This document shows, one piece after another, positions 49,151 through 59,606 of a stretch of DNA of 64,000 bases. The notes beneath the pieces are model-generated. The model did not search any database, was not told where the DNA came from, and worked only from the letters and a program-made list of their open reading frames with translations. Both the position numbers and the translations under genes were made by a program. Location of the stretch: assembly GCA_965203905.1 (NCBI GenBank), contig CBDBDQ010000005.1, positions 5,312,001-5,376,000 on the forward strand, written 5' to 3'. Position 1 is the stretch's first letter. Each line of letters opens with the position of its first letter. The stretch comes from Spirochaetia bacterium. GTDB taxonomy: Bacteria; Spirochaetota; Spirochaetia; SZUA-6; Bin103.

Positions 49151-49814
49151 CGCGGGCCGGGCACCCAAGGTGAAAAGGCGCACATTACTTGGTGATCGTT
49201 TGTCGCACCGGACATCACGGCGCTGATTCAGACACCGTTGCCGTGTTGTAGTCAAGACCTCCATTGCTTGCGCAGCTTGGCGCGGTTCGGCGGAAGGGCA
49301 GTCGGTTGCGTCGCGGTCGCCTCCCGATGTGCACGCCAATAGCTTGGCGTGGCCGTACTCTTAGACGTGATTGTCGGCTTCAACGGCGCGGTGGTGAGAA
49401 ATGCGGGTTGCATGTGCACAGCTGCGCATCGGCACCACCAACCCTGGCCCACGTCGAGGCCAAGATCGCCCGCGCCGGGGAAGGCCGGTTGCGGGAGGAC
49501 CAGCTGCCCGCGCTACGCAGCGACTTCGCCGGCGCCGAGAGCGCTTCCGGCGACGCGTGGACCGGCGGACGTCACGGTGGCGATGCGATTCGGTCGTCCC
49601 GCAAGAGCCAAGTGGATCCGAAGGCGGGCGTGGGGGAGCGTGGGGCGTCGCGCAAGCGAAGCCGGCTATGTAGGTGGGATTGGCTTGGTGCGTTCGAGAG
49701 AACAGGGGGGTACTACTTCTCTATGCACCAACCACGTCGCTTCCGCCCGCACGGCTGGATTGACTGTGTAACTGCGGGCGGCTCGACTGTCGCCGAGCTT
49801 CTGGAGCTGCCGAA

Positions 49815-50640
49815 ATGAGTGCCGCGGACGAGTCGGTTGCGCACAGCGACATCGCGCCGGTACAGAACCCCGCCGCCATCTGTCTCGAACGGCTCCACCC
49901 ATCCGGGCGCCGCAGCCTGCGCCGGGTACTCGACCGCGCGGTCGCAATCTTCACTGACGGGGCCGTCACAGATGCGACGGCCTTCGACTGGTCACAGATA
50001 GACCTGCAGCAGGTCGAAGAGCTGCGCTCGGCATTGGTCGACCGCAGCGCCGCAGCCGGCACCGTCAACCACATGCAATCAGGGGTCCGGAGTAAGGCGC
50101 GCACAGCATGGGCCCACGGGTTGGTAGACGACAGGACGCGGTCAAAATCGAGAACGTACGGAACGAGAAGCCGCAACGGCGTCGGCGCAGGCAGATACGT
50201 CAAACGAAACGAGGGTCGGGGCTTGTTCGCGGCGGTGCTCGGTACCGATCCTATCCGTGCGTGATGCAGCCATGCTCGCTTTGCTCTACGGCGCCGGCCT
50301 TAAGCGCTCGAAAGCAGTCACGCACCGGCTCGCGGACTACGACCAGGTGTCCGGGGCCATCACCGTTCGCCACGACGAGCGGCAGTCTACGCGACAGACG
50401 GCGGCAAGGAACAGATCGACGCCTGGATTGCGCATCGCGGCGACTGGCCGGGCGCTGCTGTGTCCCGTCGCTAAGGGCGGGCGCAGCCGGCAGCGGGCCA
50501 TGACCGCCCAGGCCGTGATGTTGCAGTACGCACCATCGGAGAGCAGGCGGGCATCGACCAAGTTACTCCGAACGATCTGCGCCATCTGCGCCTGAGGTAC
50601 TTGACCGAGCTGGAGCTGGAGAGGCAGCGACTCGACGCTT
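49815..50640 (+). pseudogene. Tyrosine recombinase remnant, copy 2 (diverged direct repeat of 42330-43100)
   Basis: Long shared nucleotide runs such as GACCGCGCGGTCGCAATCTTCACTGAC and CAGATAGACCTGCAGCAGGTCGAA; frameshifts differ between copies. Confidence 0.8.
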
Positions 50641-51438
50641 GGACGACAGGCAAGGCCGAAGGGCTACCGGTACCCGTGATGTTGCCCGTTCCGTGCCAAG
50701 CGCCCTGATTCGACGATCAAGCCGGCGGCGGGGGCGCCACGCGGCGCTACGGGCGACAGAAGCGGTCCTATCGGTAGCCGCACAGGTCAGTCGGCGGTGG
50801 TCTCCGGGCGGCCCTTGGGCGCCTCCGCAGGCCAGCCGTTCGTTGGCCAACAGGGCGGGCCGGGCGGCGCACCCTCGATGCGGGCCACACGATTCGCTTC
50901 AGGCCGTACAGGTCGTGGCGCGCACTTCGGCGACGCTCGCACGTAACCGGTCGATCTCCCGGTGCATGGAAGCGCCCTGCGATTCTACTATTGGCGCTGC
51001 ACAGCTCGTCCAGGCTAACTCTGTTTGTAGCCACTTCTACCGGAGCATGCAGGAGCGGAGCCCCCGAAAAGGCGCAGACCCTCTGCACCGGAGCACCGGA
51101 CACGCGATCGTTGTCCTCCAAGTCCACCACGCCCCCGGACCCGTGACCCCAGGTCCAGCGCAGCGGCTTGGCTTGCGAGGAGCTCGTCGCCATAGCCCGT
51201 AGCGCTCAGTTACCGGTCAACCTGCGCCTATTAGCCGCTGCATCCTACGCTGACATCGCAGGCGCCGCTCTAGCCGGGTTGTTTCAGATGTAGTTCTGCA
51301 CGATTGCCCATCTAATGATCGAACAGATACGGCCCTTCACTCGGCGCGCCGGCGCCATCCTGGTGTGCCAGATAGGCACGATTCGTAGCGAGCACATTCC
51401 GCAGTCGTGATTCTGGCTCACCGGCATGTGGCTGTGCG

Positions 51439-52340
51439 TCAACCCGGCGCCAAACGCGTCAGGTAATCCGCCCACGCCTGCATCAGTCTCCGCCGCCGCT
51501 CGAACAGGTCGGAGCGCATGTAGGCGCCTTCGACACCCGCGACAACATGCGCAAGCGCAGAGTCGGCTAACTCCCTTGATTCGTCGTTCTCCGCGCACCA
51601 AGGACCGGAACGACGTACGGAACCCGTGCATCGTGGCGTCGATGCCCGACCCAATCAACAGCGATCTTGTCGTCACGCTACTCAGCGCCTTGCCGGTCGG
51701 CGACGGAAACAGTAGGCCCGAGCCATCCGACAGCTTCTGCGCTTCGATCAGCAACTCAAGCGCCCGAGTTGACAACGGTACCCGATGCTCACGACCGGAT
51801 TTCATTCTCTCTGCAGGTAAGGTCCAGACCCCAGCATGTAGACCCACCTCGCTCCAAGTAGCAAGCCGAGCCTCTCCGGATTGAGCCGCCGTCAAGATCG
51901 TGTACTCCATCAGCAGCTTGGTCGCTGCTTAGGCGTTTGACGCCCGAATCTTGCCTGGCGCACTCGCCACCTCTCGACGATGGAGCGCCCGCCGGTGTCT
52001 TCTCGGGGCAGTCCCGTTCTTGGGCAGCACCTGCGAAACGGCGTCTCCGGCCGGATTGTCACTCCTATACCCTACGCCAATCGACCACCGCATCACCGCT
52101 CCGATCCAATGCCGCAGTCGCCTCGCCGTCTCCTGCCTCCCATCGTTCCAGATCGGCGTCACCACGGACAGAATGTCTGCGCTGGTGACGGCGCCGATCG
52201 GTTGCTCCCCATAATCGGAGAGACGAACCGCCTGAACGATGAACACCAGATGTCGGCGATACGCGGATTGCGCCAAGTGGTGGCGTGCATCTCGACGACA
52301 GTCTCTGACGCCTTGTCGAAGCTCGGTGTGGCGGACCCCT
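51439..52340 (-). pseudogene. P4-type phage integrase pseudogene
   Basis: TPIWND..ETARRLR, DNPA, in-frame TAA at 51929, LTAAQSGEAR (catalytic R to Q), RMKSGREHRVPLS, HGFRTSFR, a frameshift, then LAHVV..VEGAYMRSDLFERRR. Confidence 0.88.
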
Positions 52341-52931
52341 TACTCGGGTCGTGCCCCTGGTGGAGGCTCGTGCGTTCTCCAGCGCCGCCTCACGGGCTTC
52401 CGCCACGCAAGAGCAACCTGGAGTGCCGCCGCCGGAGGGCACGGTCGCCGGTGGCAGCACCACGGCGCCGGCAGCGCCGCCGTCGGGGCTGAGAGACTTG
52501 CTCCGGCAGCACCCCGGTGAGTGCCAAGCCTGCGGCGATTGCGCCCGGCACCGCTACGTCGGCGGCGAAGTCGGCGCCAGACCGCGGGTCCCACGCCACC
52601 GTACCGACGCCACGGCCGACGCCGCCAGCAGACCAGGGCATGCAGGTCGCTCTGGCAGCGGGGGATCGTGGTCGCAACGGTCCTTCGCCAGCGAAGCGGG
52701 CAGGGGAGGCGCACCTTGATGGCCGTTCGCGGCCGCAGCGGCGGCTGCTGCAGTTACGTCGATCCGCACAGCGGGCGGCGCTGCGGGTCGCGCTTCCTGC
52801 TGGAGCTCGACCACATCGTTCCCTTCGCGCTTGGCGGCAGCGCCGAGCCCGGGAATCTCCGGCTCCTTTGCGCTGCCCACAACCGCTTCCGGCATCGGGA
52901 GTACCGACCACGGCCAGACGGGACCACGTGA
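52341..52931 (+). pseudogene. C-terminal remnant of an HNH endonuclease (same family as 28212-29462)
   Basis: Low-complexity linker, then CSYVDPHSGRRCGSRFLLELDHIVPFALGGSAEPGNLRLLCAAHNR. Confidence 0.8.
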
Positions 52932-53108
52932 TCCGCGCCGGGGTGCGAGTCGGGCGGTCGGGCGGTCGGGCGTCGGTCCGATGGCAACGGTAGTTACGAT
53001 TGCAGCCGGCTTCTCGCGTAGCGTGGGATAGTTCTGGCATCGCCATCCGGCGCAGCGTTCATCGCTGCCGACCTGTGATAGGATCGCGCGGGGTTCCCGA
53101 GGCGCATC

Positions 53109-54107
53109 ATGCTGACCTACGTCGCTCGCCGGATCATCTACATGCTCATCATCATGTTGGCGGTGTCGTTGGTCGCGTTCATCATCATCCAACTGCCGCC
53201 GGGTGACTATCTCACCATTGTCATCCAGACGTTGAAGACCAGGGGCATCCAGGTGGATGCGGCCATGATCCGGGCACTCGAAGATCATTACGGGCTGAAT
53301 CTTCCCTGGTACACCCAGTACCTCAAGTGGATGTGGAACATGCTGCAGGGCGATTTCGGCAGGTCCTTTCAATGGAACAAGCCGGTGAGCGAGCTGATTG
53401 CCGAGCGGCTTCCCCTTACCGTCACCATCTCGGTCCTCACCTTGCTCTTCGTCTACGTTGTTTCCATACCGCTGGGGATCTACTCCGCTACCCATCAATA
53501 CTCCCCCGGGGACTACGTGTTCACGGTAGCCGGCTTCGCCGGCCTGGCGATACCGAACTTTCTGCTCGCGCTGATCCTGATGTTCCTGTTCTACAAGTTT
53601 CTCGGGCTCAGCGCCGGCGGCCTGTTTTCGCCCGACTACCAGACCGCTCCCTGGAGCATCGCCAAGGTCTGGGACATGCTGAAACACCTTCCCATTCCCA
53701 TCATCGTCATCGGCACGGCCGGCACCGCGGGGCTGATCCGCATCATGCGCGGCGGCCTCCTCGACGAGCTGCAGAAGCAGTACGTCATCACCGCCCGCAC
53801 CAAGGGTGTTTCCGAGCGGCGGCTGCTGTTCAAGTACCCGGTGCGGCTGGCGATCAACCCCATCATCAGCACCGTGGGATGGACCCTGCCGGCGATTGTC
53901 TCGGGAGAAACCATTACCGCGATCGTGCTGAGCCTTCCCACCACGGGTCCGCTCCTGTATCGAGCCCTGGTCGCCCAGGACATGTACCTGGCCGGCAGCA
54001 CGGTCATGTTCCTGACCTTTCTGACGGTGATAGGAACGCTTCTCTCCGACATTCTGCTGGTTCTGCTCGATCCTCGGATCAGGTACGAAAAGAGCGTGGT
54101 GGCCTAA
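53109..54107 (+). CDS. ABC permease (DppB/OppB-like)
   Basis: Paralogue of 23198-24202. Confidence 0.92.
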   Translation: MLTYVARRIIYMLIIMLAVSLVAFIIIQLPPGDYLTIVIQTLKTRGIQVDAAMIRALEDHYGLNLPWYTQYLKWMWNMLQGDFGRSFQWNKPVSELIAERLPLTVTISVLTLLFVYVVSIPLGIYSATHQYSPGDYVFTVAGFAGLAIPNFLLALILMFLFYKFLGLSAGGLFSPDYQTAPWSIAKVWDMLKHLPIPIIVIGTAGTAGLIRIMRGGLLDELQKQYVITARTKGVSERRLLFKYPVRLAINPIISTVGWTLPAIVSGETITAIVLSLPTTGPLLYRALVAQDMYLAGSTVMFLTFLTVIGTLLSDILLVLLDPRIRYEKSVVA

Positions 54108-55211
54108 ATGCGAAGATCGGAGGCAGCCGCAGAAGAACAATACTTCGTCGCTTCCCAGTGGCAGCTCATGCGGCGCAAGTTCAGGAAGCACCGGCTGGCG
54201 TTGTTCGGAATCAGCGTATTGGGGGTGCTCTACACCACCGCCCTGTTCTGCGAGTTTTTTTCTCCCTATGACATCTACGAGCGGTATCCCGACTACATCT
54301 TCGCCGCGCCGCAACGACTCCGGTTCTTCGACGAGGGCAGGTTTCAGTTGCGGCCGTTCGTCTACGGACTCAAGGGCGAGCGCCATCCGGAGACGTTTCG
54401 CCGTATCTATACCGAGGACAGATCCAGGAAACTTCCGATCCGTTTCTTCGTCTCAGGCAGCGAGTACAAGCTGTGGACGGTGTTCCCCGGCCGCATCCAC
54501 CTGTTCGGCGTAGAGGACGGGCAGGTGTTTCTGTTCGGGACCGACAAGCTGGGCCGGGACCTCTTTTCCCGCGTGCTGTTCGCCAGCCGGATCTCGCTGT
54601 CCATCGGGCTGGTCGGGGTGAGCATCAGTTTCGTGCTGGGCTGCATCCTGGGGGGCATCTCGGGATACTACGGCAGAGCCTTCGATACGGTCATCCAGAG
54701 GGTCATCGAGTTCCTGATATCCATTCCCACCATTCCCCTGTGGATGGCCCTGAGCGCGGCGCTGCCGCCCGACTGGCCGCCGATCAGGATCTACTTCGGC
54801 ATCACGGTGATCCTGTCGATAATCGGCTGGACCGAGTTGGCCCGGGTGGTGCGGGGGAGGATCCTGCAACTGCGCGAGGAAGACTTCGTCATGGCCGCCA
54901 AGTTGAGCAACGCGACCAATCTCAGCATCATCCTCAGACACCTGCTCCCCTCCTTCATCAGTTACCTCATCGTCTATCTGACCCTGTCGATACCGGGCAT
55001 GATTCTGGGCGAGACCGCGCTCAGCTTTCTGGGCCTCGGAATCCGTCCGCCGGCGGTGAGTTGGGGTGCGCTCCTCAAGGAGGGCCAGAACATCCGCACG
55101 ATCGTGCAGAATCCGTGGTTGCTGATCCCCGGCATGTTCGTGGTGGTCGCGGTGCTGGCCTTCAATTTCCTGGGCGACGGCCTGCGCGACGCGGCCGATC
55201 CCTACAAGTGA
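54108..55211 (+). CDS. ABC permease (DppC/OppC-like)
   Basis: Paralogue of 24199-25323. Confidence 0.92.
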   Translation: MRRSEAAAEEQYFVASQWQLMRRKFRKHRLALFGISVLGVLYTTALFCEFFSPYDIYERYPDYIFAAPQRLRFFDEGRFQLRPFVYGLKGERHPETFRRIYTEDRSRKLPIRFFVSGSEYKLWTVFPGRIHLFGVEDGQVFLFGTDKLGRDLFSRVLFASRISLSIGLVGVSISFVLGCILGGISGYYGRAFDTVIQRVIEFLISIPTIPLWMALSAALPPDWPPIRIYFGITVILSIIGWTELARVVRGRILQLREEDFVMAAKLSNATNLSIILRHLLPSFISYLIVYLTLSIPGMILGETALSFLGLGIRPPAVSWGALLKEGQNIRTIVQNPWLLIPGMFVVVAVLAFNFLGDGLRDAADPYK

Positions 55212-55296
55212 CCGTGGCGCTGCAGGCGCTCCCGACCGTCTGTTGACAGTCAGCTCTGCTCCGTTACCCTTGGTCAATCCACTGTAGGAGGATGGT

Positions 55297-57276
55297 ATGA
55301 CAAGATCTGCCACGTTTGGCGTTCTGGTGATGTTGTGCGGCTCGGTGCTCGCATTCGGCGCCGGTACGACCGCTACGGAGTCGGAACCGGCGGCCGAGCC
55401 GATGGCCGCATCCGGCGAATTCAACGAGGCCCCGATGCTGGCCGCGATGGTGGCCGCGGGAGACCTGCCACCCTTGGCAGACAGGCTGCCCGAGGAGCCG
55501 GCCGTGCTGTGGCCGTTTGCGGTCGACAACCCGGAGATCGGTAAGTACGGGGGCACCATCCAGGTGTTCGCGGTCGACAACAACCCCTGGGGCGACCTGC
55601 TGGAAGAGACGGAGCGCGGCAGCTACATCTTCCGCACCAACGAAGACGGCGAGATCCTTCCCGACCTGATCCGAGACTACGAAGTGTCCGATGACGAGAC
55701 GGTCTTCACGCTGCACCTGAGAAAGGGAATGAAATGGTCCGACGGCGCGCCTTTTGTCGCGGACGACTTCGTCTTCATGTGGAAGGACATGGCGCTCAAC
55801 GAGGAAGTCAAGTCGTGGTTCAACAACGATGAACCCCTGGAGCGCATCGTGAAGGTCGACGACTACACGCTGCGCTACGAGTTCGAGGTGCCGTACCCGA
55901 CGTTCGTGCTCAACGCGGTCTCCTGGCGAGGCGGTGACTGGATGCGCTTTGCGCCCAAGCACTACCTGGAGAAGTGGCACATAGAATACAATGATGATGC
56001 CAACGAACTCGCCAAGAGCGAGGGATTCGAGAACTGGTGGGAGGCCTTCAACCATCACTGGCAGGTCGCCCCTTCCAACGACATCGAAAAGCCGATGGTG
56101 CAACCATGGATATTCGAGGAGTTCACCAGCACCTATCGAACGTTCGTGCGCAATCCCTACTACTACGCGGTAGACCGGGCTGGAAACCAGTTGCCGTACA
56201 TCGACCGGGTCGTCTCCTCGATCGTCGATCCGGAGGTCTACAACCTGAAGATCATGAGTGGCGAAGCCGATCTCGCCTTCATGAATACGTCGTTCCAGAA
56301 CTATCCGCTCTACAAGGAGAACGAGGAGCAGGGCGGCTACCGGGTCGTGCTGATACCGGGGATGACCGGGGCGGCGGTCGCCTACCATCTCAATCAGAAC
56401 CACTCCGACCCGGTGCAGCGTGAGCTGTATCAGGATGTGCGGTTCCGGCGCGCGCTCTCGACCGCGATCAACCGGGAAGAGATCAACGAAAGCGTGTACT
56501 TCGGGGTCGCCACGCCGCGCCAGGCGACGATTCCGAGCGCCGCCAGCTACTACAAGCCGGAGTGGGGCGAGGATCATCCCTACGCCGGTTACGACCCGGA
56601 TGCGGCCAACCGGCTGCTCGACGAGATCGGTCTGACCGAGCGCGACGGAGACGGCTTTCGCAAGCGCTCCGACGGCAAGACCGTGCAGCTCATCGTGGGC
56701 TATTCGAGCGGCATCTCGGGGGCGGAGGAGACCGTTCACGAGCTGATCAAGGAGTACTGGGAAGAGATCGGTCTGAAGGTGCTGCTGAAGCCGGAGGAAT
56801 ACGCCATCTACTTCGAGCGGGTGCAGGCCGGCGAGCACGACGTCATCGGCACGGCGGAGGGCTTCGAGCACGAGTTCAAGTACTTCATCGTCAGTCCCGA
56901 GACCATCAGGTTCGGTCCGCTGTGGCACCAGTGGCTGAGGGCGAACCAGTCGGTACAGGACGGCAAGACGACCCTCGCGGACTACGAGGGCGGCACGCTG
57001 CCCGGCGAAGAGCCGCCCCAGAAGATCAAGGACTTCTACGATCTGCAGGCGCGCAAGTACGCCTCCAGGTACCGCTCTCCCGAGTACATGGCACTGAGCC
57101 AGGAGATCTTCGACTGGTACGCCGAGGAAACGGTGCTGATCGGCACCGTGGGAATGGTGCCCACCCCGCTGATAGCCGCCGACAACCTGGGCAACGTCAA
57201 CGTGGAAGTCTTCTGGAGCGCCGCCGGGCTCTACGAGTCAGGCAACTACCTGAGCAAGTTCCTGTTCTTCAAATAG
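55297..57276 (+). CDS. ABC substrate-binding protein, family 5
   Basis: Signal peptide, LPPLADRLP, KWSDG, RNPYYY.VD.AGNQLPYID; AGGAGG RBS. Confidence 0.92.
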   Translation: MTRSATFGVLVMLCGSVLAFGAGTTATESEPAAEPMAASGEFNEAPMLAAMVAAGDLPPLADRLPEEPAVLWPFAVDNPEIGKYGGTIQVFAVDNNPWGDLLEETERGSYIFRTNEDGEILPDLIRDYEVSDDETVFTLHLRKGMKWSDGAPFVADDFVFMWKDMALNEEVKSWFNNDEPLERIVKVDDYTLRYEFEVPYPTFVLNAVSWRGGDWMRFAPKHYLEKWHIEYNDDANELAKSEGFENWWEAFNHHWQVAPSNDIEKPMVQPWIFEEFTSTYRTFVRNPYYYAVDRAGNQLPYIDRVVSSIVDPEVYNLKIMSGEADLAFMNTSFQNYPLYKENEEQGGYRVVLIPGMTGAAVAYHLNQNHSDPVQRELYQDVRFRRALSTAINREEINESVYFGVATPRQATIPSAASYYKPEWGEDHPYAGYDPDAANRLLDEIGLTERDGDGFRKRSDGKTVQLIVGYSSGISGAEETVHELIKEYWEEIGLKVLLKPEEYAIYFERVQAGEHDVIGTAEGFEHEFKYFIVSPETIRFGPLWHQWLRANQSVQDGKTTLADYEGGTLPGEEPPQKIKDFYDLQARKYASRYRSPEYMALSQEIFDWYAEETVLIGTVGMVPTPLIAADNLGNVNVEVFWSAAGLYESGNYLSKFLFFK

Positions 57277-57390
57277 GCGCGTGGCGCGCGGTCAGGCGCC
57301 CGATTCAACGAGCGGCGGGCAGGGTCACTCGCCGCCATTGGACGGAACGGGCGCCGCCGCGCGGCATGTCGGTTGCCAGGCGTTGTCACC

Positions 57391-58329
57391 ATGTACGTTG
57401 AGCGTGTCCTCGACCGAGCGGATTGCGGACGTTCCCTAGAACGTGTCGCCTCGTCGGGTGCCTATTGGGAACTCGATGTGGGCGAATCGCTCATTTGCAC
57501 GACTCCCGGTAATGAGCCATGCACCATCGATTTGCTGCACGTTGACGAGAGATCCGCTACCGTGCGGATAGACGGCGCGGCGATCCCGATCCCGCTGGGA
57601 CACTTTGCCAGCAGATCGCTTGGCAATCCGGCGGACGACGTGGTCAGCATGGTCAACCGGGAGGGGCTCCGCATCGGCGCCGACATGACCCGCAACTACA
57701 TGAGCGGGAGCAAATACTCCCTCAGCCTGGTAAACCTCAAGAAGGATGCCCGCATCTACCTGGGACCTGCCGATCAGCCCCTCGCTACACCCGGCAGTTA
57801 CGCATTCCCGTTGCCGGATTACGACTGGAACTTCGGCGAGAACTGGCTCCACCCCGTACCCTATGGCTGGCATCTCGGGGTTGATCTGGATGGCGAGCAG
57901 GGTCACCCCCTGGCAGCCGTAACCGACGGCACCGTGGTGGCAGTCAGGCACTTCGACGCCGCGCACCACGAGGAAGACTTCTGGGGCAACGGCCTGGCTC
58001 TGCTCGGCGATGACCGCCGGCTTTATATCTACATGCACTGGGACAGCCTGGCCGAAGGAGTGTCGGAGGGTAGCCGCGTCCGCGCCGGAGTTGAACTAGG
58101 CCGGATGGGACGGTCCGGGTTTGCATCGAGACCATTCCCCACCCACCTTCACTTCGAGATCATGGTGCTCCGACATCCGGAAGAGTTCCGCTTTGCCTTT
58201 GAGCTTGAGCCTGATGTTCTGCCCACGCCGAACCGCGTGTTGCCGCCCGAAACAGAGGGAAACGCGGTGAATCCATACCCCTACCTGGTGGAATGGTACC
58301 TGAACGCACAGATCCACAGATCATCCTGA
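57391..58329 (+). CDS. M23 family metallopeptidase
   Basis: HLGVD (HxxxD), YMH, HLHFEI, VNPYPYL. Confidence 0.82.
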   Translation: MYVERVLDRADCGRSLERVASSGAYWELDVGESLICTTPGNEPCTIDLLHVDERSATVRIDGAAIPIPLGHFASRSLGNPADDVVSMVNREGLRIGADMTRNYMSGSKYSLSLVNLKKDARIYLGPADQPLATPGSYAFPLPDYDWNFGENWLHPVPYGWHLGVDLDGEQGHPLAAVTDGTVVAVRHFDAAHHEEDFWGNGLALLGDDRRLYIYMHWDSLAEGVSEGSRVRAGVELGRMGRSGFASRPFPTHLHFEIMVLRHPEEFRFAFELEPDVLPTPNRVLPPETEGNAVNPYPYLVEWYLNAQIHRSS

Positions 58330-58480
58330 ATCCTGGTCCACCTGCCGCGGCAGTGTAATCAGCGCCGGCCTCCAGATCGCGGCATCAGGTGCGGCACCCC
58401 GGCGGGTGGTCCCGCACGGAAGTGAAACGCCGACGCCGACCATTCGTTACCCGACGATGCTGTTAGAATCCGCGTAGCGT

Positions 58481-58684
58481 ATGGATGGTATCGGCAGTGC
58501 CCTGACCACTCAGGTCCGCGCACGGGTGGATGCGGATGAACAGCTTGACGTGGAGGCGAGATTGCTCGTGCTCTCGGCACTGGAAGGCGACGAGGCGCTG
58601 GACCGGGTAACGGGACCGGGTGCCCCCCGGTCAAGGCTTGGGAGCCGGAACTGGGGCGTGGGGGAGGGGAGTGCTTACCTGTAA
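58481..58684 (+). pseudogene. Possible N-terminal stub of an SMC-like AAA ATPase
   Basis: LLVLSALEGDEALD...SAYL resembles the start of ATPases that continue ..AYLxSIxVxGFRGIG (from recall); cut exactly where the low-GC cassette begins. Confidence 0.35.
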
Positions 58685-59082
58685 GGCAACGCTCGCTTCT
58701 CTGCCTTGTTACGCAAATGCTCAGCCGCCTTTCTCGCTCTGTTCTTGGATATCTCGAATAGCTTACGAAAATCAATCAAGACGTGATCCGGTGCAAACGG
58801 CTGTGGATCCGATTTTACAGGTAAGCATTTCTCCTGGCAGTCTTCAGGTGTGACAGCCATAATTCCGTCCGGTGGCTCTCTTTCCGGATCCGCTGAGTAG
58901 CGTCGGTACAACTCTTTGGCGGCAATCAACCTACTGTTAGAAACCGACAACTGATAATCGTCTTCGTCCCGAAACGGGAGAAATGCGTGCGTACCTACCT
59001 TTCTTTTATTTGGATCGTAACAACCAAACGGAATCACTCTATAGAGAATAAGCCGTGGATCAAATTGTTGAGACGGTTCCAT
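58675..59082 (-). CDS. Hypothetical protein, putative ADP-ribosyltransferase-fold toxin
   Basis: LYR..AF..LSVS..G..V..DP..HV.I pattern (R and SxS motifs). Confidence 0.5.
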   Translation of the reverse strand: MEPSQQFDPRLILYRVIPFGCYDPNKRKVGTHAFLPFRDEDDYQLSVSNSRLIAAKELYRRYSADPEREPPDGIMAVTPEDCQEKCLPVKSDPQPFAPDHVLIDFRKLFEISKNRARKAAEHLRNKAEKRALPYR

Positions 59083-59606
59083 CCTTTCCTATTATATAGC
59101 TCGAGAGTCTCTTCGAAATCCCTTTCGTCATGATTGTCTTCAGAAAAAAAGGAATACCATGCTCCGGTCTTTGAAATGAGAGAAACAGTAAGGACTGAAG
59201 ATTTTGCAGCATTTTGCCATTCCATCTCAACATCACCATCAGGATTCAAGAAGACTGCCGGTGTTGAGTGCTGTTCAAAATGCGCCACAAATGATTCCGC
59301 TAACCACTCCAGCCCGGAGACATCGGGAGCCTTGCTTCCCTCACCCATCCAACCATCCTGATAATCACGGAATGAAAGAATACGCTCTTTAACCTCAGAA
59401 ATATCATCCGGATTCCTTGAGGAAAGGACAGGTCGAGTAATGCCGCAGTCAGATCCCGATTCAGGCCACACGACACTGGTCAACGAGCCCGTTCCTGATA
59501 TCTTGTGTATCGACGCCTTGACCTCCGCCTTCTTCGGTGGTACCAAGAAATGAGACAACTCGAACCTTGACTCTCGCGAAGAATAGACATCAGGCACTAC
59601 CGTCAT
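59034..59606 (-). CDS. Hypothetical protein, candidate antitoxin
   Basis: DGWMGEGSKAP..P.VF..PDGDVEMEW motif; overlaps both neighbouring genes. Confidence 0.55.
   Translation of the reverse strand: MTVVPDVYSSRESRFELSHFLVPPKKAEVKASIHKISGTGSLTSVVWPESGSDCGITRPVLSSRNPDDISEVKERILSFRDYQDGWMGEGSKAPDVSGLEWLAESFVAHFEQHSTPAVFLNPDGDVEMEWQNAAKSSVLTVSLISKTGAWYSFFSEDNHDERDFEETLELYNRKGWNRLNNLIHGLFSIE

Larger units (their letters stand above)
41200..52340. mobile_element. Decayed integrative genomic island carrying defence cargo
   Basis: AlpA remnant at the left, P4-type integrase pseudogene at the right, visibly lower GC inside, two internal recombinase remnants; no att repeats identified, so ends are approximate. 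Confidence 0.7.

Noticed and set aside
49220-49650. ORF fragments between the PhyH remnant and recombinase copy 2
   Set aside because: No recognisable motifs; probably decayed debris
50640-51430. ORFs 50639-51202 and 50768-51193
   Set aside because: No identifiable domain or RBS, so they cannot be supported as genes
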